NCBI GenBank assembly: GCA_965199495.1
Contig: CBDASK010000003.1
Location: 832,001-896,000, forward strand
Reading direction: 5' to 3'
Source: Abditibacterium sp.
GTDB lineage: Bacteria; Armatimonadota; Abditibacteriia; Abditibacteriales; Abditibacteriaceae
DNA: 64,000 nt
Every line of letters starts with the position of its first letter. Position 1 is the stretch's first letter. Of this stretch, positions 58,742-64,000 are shown in pieces. The translations under genes and the position numbers were made by a program. The notes beneath the pieces are model-generated. The model searched no databases, was not told the DNA's origin, and saw nothing but the letters and a program-made list of their open reading frames with translations.

Positions 58742-59362
58742 ATGGCAATTTTAGAGTCTCCGGTGCGGCCTGCGCTTTCTCGCGTCGAGCCGATTTACGA
58801 TGCGATGCTTTTGCCCAATCGCGTCAAGTGGACGCGCGCAGAGTTCGCGCAGCTTGACGATAGAGGCGAGCGCTACGAATTAATTTATGGGGAGTTGGTA
58901 AAGAAAATGAGCATGAACGGGCCACACGCGGTTGTCGTTGACTTGCTGGGCGGCGCGCTCAAACAAGTTTTTATGGTCGGCTTTGCCGTGCGGATGCAAC
59001 TGCCGATGGCAGTCAGCGAAACCTCGCAACCCGAACCGGACGGCTTAGTTGTCGAGGGCAAATCGCGCGATTTTCTCGCGGATCATCCCGCCACAGCCGC
59101 GCTCGCTGTCGAGGTTTCCGATTCGACTTTAGCCACCGATTTAGGCGTCAAAGTCGCGCTCTACGCGCAAGCCAATGTCGCCGAATACTGGGTTATTGAT
59201 ATTAACGCGCGCACATTGCACGTCTATCGCACGCCAATTAGCTCGCCCGCCCTGCCCAACGGTTACGGCTACCAAAACATTTCACTGCTCAACGATACCG
59301 ACAGCGTGTCACCTCTTGCGGCGCCGCAAAGCTCGATTCTCATCGCCGATTTGCTGCCCTGA
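58742..59362 (+). CDS. Uma2 family endonuclease
   Basis: YELI.G, PEPD, LAVEVSDSTL..D...K..LYA...V.EYWVID; extended -10 TGGTATAAT upstream. Confidence 0.93.
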   Translation: MAILESPVRPALSRVEPIYDAMLLPNRVKWTRAEFAQLDDRGERYELIYGELVKKMSMNGPHAVVVDLLGGALKQVFMVGFAVRMQLPMAVSETSQPEPDGLVVEGKSRDFLADHPATAALAVEVSDSTLATDLGVKVALYAQANVAEYWVIDINARTLHVYRTPISSPALPNGYGYQNISLLNDTDSVSPLAAPQSSILIADLLP

Positions 59363-59380
59363 AAGATGCCCTGTTGCCAT

Positions 59381-59787
59381 AAAAAGCGCGCGTTGCCTTT
59401 CGGCAACGCGCGCTTTTGCTTTGCGAAACGCACGTGCTCGCGCGCGGCGCTCGCGCCGACGCCTTCGCTTCACGCTTTACGCTTTCCGCTTGCGTGGTGA
59501 CGCTAAAGACGGGCGAAGTGTTGCCAGATGCGTGGACGCCATCGGAAGTGCGGATGCGATATTCGCGCGCAAACGGGGCGGCCCAGCACGAGGTTTTCGC
59601 GCGAGTCGGGGTTGCGGGCCGCCGATGGTGGAGCGAACATCGAGAAGTCGGTTGCGGCGCAGCGACGGCTGGGGGCGATGTTCTGTTGGGCGCCGTCAAG
59701 GGCGAAAAACAGCGGAATGAGACTGTCAGGCGCGGACTCGAATCGCGTGATGAGCGCGCTGCCGCAGGACGTGGCTGCTCTTGGGAA
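59381..59787. repeat. Array repeat copy 3
   Basis: Same hairpin and body as copies 1 and 2. Confidence 0.9.
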
Positions 59788-59811
59788 CGAGTTTGCGTTA
59801 TGCTTTGACGC

Positions 59812-60369
59812 GTGCCAGATATTTATCTCATCGGCGGGCCAAACGGCGCTGGGAAAACCACGACGGCGTTGCGAATCTTTCCGGCGTTGGGTGTAACGCA
59901 TTTCATTAACGCCGATGCCATAGCTCAGGGAATTTCGCCGCTCGACGTTGCGGGTGCGGCGCGCGCAGCGGGACGATTGATGATCGAACAGATGGAAACG
60001 CGTTTAGGAAATGGTGATGATTTCGCGCTCGAATCCACTTTGGCCTCGCGTTCGCTGGCGCCTTTTATCAGGCGTTGCAAAGACGCGGGTTATAATTTCG
60101 TATTGTTCTACGTTTGGCTGCGCGACGCAGATTTGGCGGTGCAGCGCGTGGCGCAACGTGTGGAGAGTGGCGGGCATGATATTCCAGACGATGTGATTCG
60201 GCGACGCTACGAACGTGGACGACGCAACTTCTTCGAGTTGTATCAGCCTCTGGCAGACGAATGGTCGGTGTGGAATAATTCGGGCCAAGACTCCGTTGAA
60301 ATTGCGCGTGGCACGCTTGGAATGGAAGAAACTTTGCAACCTGATGTTTGGGCAAACATCTCAAATTAA
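59812..60369 (+). CDS. Zeta-toxin-like / AAA_33 P-loop kinase
   Basis: GGPNGAGKTT, FINADAIA, ESTL, RVA.RV..GGHDIP...I.RRY. Confidence 0.9.
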   Translation: MPDIYLIGGPNGAGKTTTALRIFPALGVTHFINADAIAQGISPLDVAGAARAAGRLMIEQMETRLGNGDDFALESTLASRSLAPFIRRCKDAGYNFVLFYVWLRDADLAVQRVAQRVESGGHDIPDDVIRRRYERGRRNFFELYQPLADEWSVWNNSGQDSVEIARGTLGMEETLQPDVWANISN

Positions 60370-60373
60370 ACCA

Positions 60374-60574
60374 ATGCAAATCGTAACACCAAACAACAAG
60401 TTGGACATCGCTGCCGTAGCTTTTAAAGAAGCCGTCGCCGATGCAATCGAAACGCACCGGCGCATGGGACGCTCGATTGTGGTTTCGCGCGATGGCGTCG
60501 TGACGCGCGTGCGGCCCAGCGAAATCACGCCGCGCGCTTTGCCTCACGACGAGCGTGAAGCGCAAATGAAATAA
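60374..60574 (+). CDS. Small hypothetical protein, probable partner/antitoxin of the zeta-like gene
   Basis: AV.DAIE.HRR.G.SIVV.RDG.V; tightly linked downstream. Confidence 0.7.
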   Translation: MQIVTPNNKLDIAAVAFKEAVADAIETHRRMGRSIVVSRDGVVTRVRPSEITPRALPHDEREAQMK

Positions 60575-60594
60575 TGGCGTTTCTTCTCGTTAAT

Positions 60595-60632
60595 AAAAAG
60601 CGCGCGTTGCCTTTCGGCGACGCGCGCTTTTT
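60595..60632. terminator. Fourth copy of the array hairpin (hairpin only)
   Basis: aaaaagcgcgcgttgcc-tttc-ggcgacgcgcgcttttt. Confidence 0.85.
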
Positions 60633-60677
60633 AATTGGGATTTGAGCAGCAAAAATCTTGATCTGCGGATCAAATAA

Positions 60678-60784
60678 GCGACGTTGGCCGTCAAAGTCCA
60701 CGGCGTCGTCGTCCAGACCAGCAGCGATTCATCGCTATTGTCAAGCGGCAATTGCACGTAAACGCTGCGATGGGTGACATCCTT
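60678..60784 (-). pseudogene. 107-bp duplicate of internal ileS (54751-54857)
   Basis: 7 mismatches in 107 bp; encodes [35 protein letters not shown]. Confidence 0.92.
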
Positions 60785-60874
60785 TGTGGAAACATTTCGG
60801 TCGTCAAAATCGAGCGCACCAGTGCATTGTAGTCGGCGTGGCTCTCCAGCAACACCGTTTTAAGCTGTTGACTG

Positions 60875-61270
60875 TTAGGCCCGCGCTTTGAGCGCCTTGT
60901 TCATTTCGTCGAAGCCACGCCGAGTGTCTGCATCCATACTGCGGGCGAAAAGGGGCACAAGAAGTCCGCTAAACTTCTCGCTTTGAGTGAAACGCACCCT
61001 GTTTTGATCCCCCGGCTCCAACGCAAAGCTGTGTTCGCCATCGAATATCTTCGGAAGCAACAAGCGGCCCAGCCACCGCATTTTCCGGTCGGCGCGGACT
61101 TTGAGCAACACCGGACGAAACGTTATCGCGCGTTTGCCGGACGCTCTCGCTGCTCCTGCGTGATTTTAGACTTCGGTAAACGCGCTAATACGCCGCACGC
61201 GATTATTGCTAATTTTGGTAAAATCGCGCATGGACTCAGACGACGTGGCTGCATCGCGGGAAGTCACGGC
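60875..61270 (-). pseudogene. Degraded SRPBCC (polyketide cyclase-like) gene
   Basis: C-terminal WLGRLLLP.IFDGEHSF.LEP...RFTQSEKFSGLLVP..GF.EMN.ALK.RA intact; 5' part disrupted. Confidence 0.7.
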
Positions 61271-61449
61271 GGAAACTCTCTCGTAAGGTTTCCACGCCAG
61301 TTCCCAAAGGGTTGCGCGGGTGAAATGGCTAAATCGAAGCGAATAACGTGCATCTTTGGGGAGGAAATCCCTTGAATTATTGAGAATCGCTGGGGTGGCA
61401 CTCGCTTTGATGAACGAGTGAGCGGCCAAAAAGCCAAAGGAAAAATAAC

Positions 61450-61926
61450 ATGAACGAACAAGCATTGAAGCAACTCATCGCGCAAGGTTTGGGCGCCCTC
61501 AAAGCGGGCGGAGAAATCGGCGCCAAAGCGGCGGACGACATCGAAAACGACGCCAAAGATTCGCAGCTCAAAGCCGCGCTTCAACAGGGCACGCAGACCG
61601 CGAAAACCTGGGCCACACGCATCGAGCGCGCGCTGCAAGAAGCGGGCGGCAGCGACGAAAACGACAACCCGATTTTGGAAGCGAATTACGAAGTCGCCAA
61701 TCGCATTCGCGCCAAAGCGCCCGACGACTTTTCGCGCGACTTGGGCATTATCGCCAGTTCGCAGTTGGCGCTGCATTATTGGGTCGCCTCGTTTGGCACC
61801 ATGCGCGCCTACGCCAAACGCGCGAATCTGAGCCAAACCGAGCAGGAAATGGCGCAGTGCCTTCAGGAAGCCGAGCAAGCCGACAAGAAGATGACCGACA
61901 TCGCCATCAGCATCATGGGCGGCTAA
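61450..61926 (+). CDS. Ferritin-like DUF892/YciF family protein
   Basis: RDLGIIA..Q..LHY..ASFGT..AYA, L.E....DKK.T.IA. Confidence 0.85.
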   Translation: MNEQALKQLIAQGLGALKAGGEIGAKAADDIENDAKDSQLKAALQQGTQTAKTWATRIERALQEAGGSDENDNPILEANYEVANRIRAKAPDDFSRDLGIIASSQLALHYWVASFGTMRAYAKRANLSQTEQEMAQCLQEAEQADKKMTDIAISIMGG

Positions 61927-61940
61927 ACCACTGCGATAAC

Positions 61941-61973
61941 AAAAACCCCGACGAAGCAATTCGCCGGGGTTTT
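61941..61973. terminator. Bidirectional terminator between convergent genes
   Basis: aaaaaccccgacgaa...ttcgccggggtttt. Confidence 0.7.
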
Positions 61974-62021
61974 CGTTTGTATTCTCCAACTTTAGTTAGC
62001 GGATGCTAACGTTGTTTTGAT

Positions 62022-62765
62022 CTACCACGGCAACGTTTCGCCCAGATGAGTGAAGGTGCCGTTTGGCCCGTCGTTGGGAATCGTGGCCATTTCAACGCTG
62101 CTTTTGGCGCCTTCTTCCACGCCAATTTCGCCACCGGGATTGAGTTCGGTTTTGACCTGGCCGGGATGAACCGCGTTGGCGCGGTGATTGGAATCTCGCC
62201 ACTGCCACGCATAATGAATCGTCATCATGTTGAGCGCGGCTTTGCTCGAATCGTAGGCGATGATCTTGAAATCCTTCATCGGCCCGTCGAAATCGGCGTG
62301 AATCGAAAGCGAACCCAGCACCGAAGACACATTGACCAAACGCGCCCCGTCGGACTTTTCCAAGAGCGGCCAAAACGCGTGCGTGACCTGATGAACTCCG
62401 AACACGCCGACTTCGTAGGTGTCGCGCAAAATCTGCGTCGGCACGCTCGCCGGAAGCGCGTAATCGGCCTCGCTGATAAAGCCCGCATTGTTGATCAAAA
62501 CATCCAGTCGCCCGAACTTCTCTTCGACTTGGGCGCGGGCGCGCTCGACAGTAGCCACGTCGGTCGGGTCGATCAGCAAGAACTGCACATCAAGTCCCTC
62601 ATTTTGCAGTTCGCTCGCGGCGTCCTGACCGCGTTTTTCGTCGCGCGCGCCCAGCAACACGGTGAAACCGTGATCGCGCGCTAACTGGCGCGCCGTTTCG
62701 AGTCCGATGCCTTTGTTAGCGCCGGTTACCAGCGCGATACGACTTTTATTTGTTGGTGTATTCAT
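62022..62765 (-). CDS. Short-chain dehydrogenase/reductase (carbonyl reductase-like)
   Basis: TGANKGIG, LINNAG, VNVSS, YDSSK. Confidence 0.96.
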   Translation of the reverse strand: MNTPTNKSRIALVTGANKGIGLETARQLARDHGFTVLLGARDEKRGQDAASELQNEGLDVQFLLIDPTDVATVERARAQVEEKFGRLDVLINNAGFISEADYALPASVPTQILRDTYEVGVFGVHQVTHAFWPLLEKSDGARLVNVSSVLGSLSIHADFDGPMKDFKIIAYDSSKAALNMMTIHYAWQWRDSNHRANAVHPGQVKTELNPGGEIGVEEGAKSSVEMATIPNDGPNGTFTHLGETLPW

Positions 62766-62768
62766 TTT

Positions 62769-62978
62769 TTATGCTTGCCACTCCTGTTGCGCGTAATTGA
62801 CTACCCGTTTTCCATCCAAACTTTTGTGTAGGTTGGCCGAAATAAAGCCTGGCTGGTGAGACATGAACTTGTCTGTGGCTTCGGTGAGAATGTCCACCAA
62901 ACGCTGCTGATTTTCCGGTTCAACGGTAAAAACGTTGATGAGCGTCACGCACTTGTGGTCTGTCGAGATGGTTGTCAT
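62769..62978 (-). pseudogene. Antibiotic biosynthesis monooxygenase (ABM) family, apparently C-terminally truncated
   Basis: TLINVFTV.PE.Q, QPGFISANLH.SLDG.RVVNYAQ, then ends after 5 residues. Confidence 0.7.
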
Positions 62979-63007
62979 GGTATTTTTCTTCGGTTGTTTT
63001 GTCGCCG

Positions 63008-63382
63008 TTACGAGTTGCCGATGCGCCCCAGATGAGTGTCCTGAAAGCTGGACGTAAGTTTAAGACCGTAATTTATCGACCGGTCGGCGCTGATGTGAGT
63101 CGCCCAGATCAGCGCGATGGCCACGAGCGTTTCATTTTTGGTGAAATATCCAAGCGCGCCCACGGCAATCGGCAGGGCGTAATTATGAGCGGTATTGTAA
63201 CTGACGGCACCCCAGCGCGGGCCGAGCAAGTAGCCCAGCATAGAAAGATCGGGCGCCAAGAAAAGCACAGCAAACAACAGCCAGCTAAAGCCGCTTTGGT
63301 AATAAGCAAAAACGCTAAGTAGAAGAAAAGCTATCGCTTCTATGCGTAATAATTTGATGATAGAAGTATTTATATTTCGCAT
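63008..63382 (-). CDS. DUF4260 family membrane protein
   Basis: LLRIE, LAPDLSMLGYL.G, YN..H, HI..DR..YGLK, THLG. Confidence 0.92.
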   Translation of the reverse strand: MRNINTSIIKLLRIEAIAFLLLSVFAYYQSGFSWLLFAVLFLAPDLSMLGYLLGPRWGAVSYNTAHNYALPIAVGALGYFTKNETLVAIALIWATHISADRSINYGLKLTSSFQDTHLGRIGNS

Positions 63383-63543
63383 TCTGACGAGTAATTTGGC
63401 TGGCACCAGATAAAGTAGCGCGAGTTCAACTGAAAATTCTTTGGCTCAGAGCGGCGAATGAGCCAACGGCACCGACCGCTACAACGTATTTTTTGGCGCG
63501 ATGCTCGCCTTCAAGTGAGCGAGTCATCGCTGCGCTGACGCCG

Positions 63544-64000
63544 TTAGCTTTCAACGGTGGTCTGGAGCAGTTCAGTGCGGTATTTGGGGGCGAGTTCTTT
63601 GGCTTTAGCCCCAAACGCGGCTTGTGCGGCGTCATCGAGTTTGGGCGCCGGAGTTGTGCGCGTGGGTAGAGCCACGCCGACTTGCTCGAAGAACTCTTCC
63701 TGACCCGACGGGCCGCAGATGCACAACAGGCGCATCGCTTTATCGGTTGTGTTGTGGAACTCGTGCGGTGCGTTGGCGGGGATGTGCAGGGTTTGTCCGG
63801 CTTTAACCGTTGACTTTTGGCCGCGAAACGTCGCTTCGACTTCTCCTTCGAGCACGATAAACGATTCCTCGAAATCGTGGCGATGCGGCGCCGGGCCGCC
63901 GCCGGGCGCAACGAGCATATCAATGAGACAGTAGCGCCCATCGGTATTTTCGCCGGACAACAAAACGGTATAAGTGTCGCCAACGACGCCGATGTGCGGC
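63544..64000 (-). CDS. Cupin domain protein (5' end outside the window)
   Basis: PGGGP.PHRH.FEE.F.VLEG, IPANAPHEF.N. Confidence 0.92.
   Translation of the reverse strand, partial: PHIGVVGDTYTVLLSGENTDGRYCLIDMLVAPGGGPAPHRHDFEESFIVLEGEVEATFRGQKSTVKAGQTLHIPANAPHEFHNTTDKAMRLLCICGPSGQEEFFEQVGVALPTRTTPAPKLDDAAQAAFGAKAKELAPKYRTELLQTTVES

Noticed and set aside
55452..59787. T-box riboswitch explanation for the region and repeats upstream of ileS
   Set aside because: No GGTGGNACCRCG antiterminator upstream of ileS on the minus strand; the repeats lie 2 kb or more away and translate as a gene remnant
57465..60632. CRISPR array or classical integron
   Set aside because: Repeats are 340-400 bp with gene-sized spacers; no cas or intI gene and no attC-type core sites recognised
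60678..60784. DGR template/variable repeat pair with ileS
   Set aside because: Mismatches are not adenine-specific, are mostly synonymous, and no reverse transcriptase is present

Overview
GC-rich bacterial chromosomal segment. The gene set (DUF1559-style pilins, DUF4446, type-2 IleRS) suggests Abditibacteriota/Armatimonadota, but this is an inference. It holds, in order: a DD-carboxypeptidase divergent from a secreted AMMECR1 / thioester-less alpha-2-macroglobulin / redoxin-deacetylase trio; an ABC exporter with DUF1854; FKBP; feoA-feoA-feoB; secDF-DUF4446-dut-tRNA-Ser; rfbA; a type IV pilus locus (pilB, a stand-alone PilB N2-like ORF, pilT, pilC, pilD, four pilins, two ~1330-aa PilX-like paralogues and a third start-less PilX stub); and an ileS-lspA-lgt-aat operon. 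Upstream of ileS is an accessory array in which small toxin-antitoxin/nuclease-like genes alternate with three copies of a ~340-400 bp repeat (terminator plus pseudogene tail). The array is bracketed by a 107-bp duplicate of internal ileS. At least ten long intergenic inverted repeats of several families occur. The most striking unexplained signals are (1) a strand-symmetric, frame-independent over-represented motif CGTGGCT(GC), about 1 per kb, resembling a DNA uptake sequence, (2) the integrase-free cassette array, and (3) the mosaic giant PilX paralogues. All counts were made by eye and need computational confirmation.
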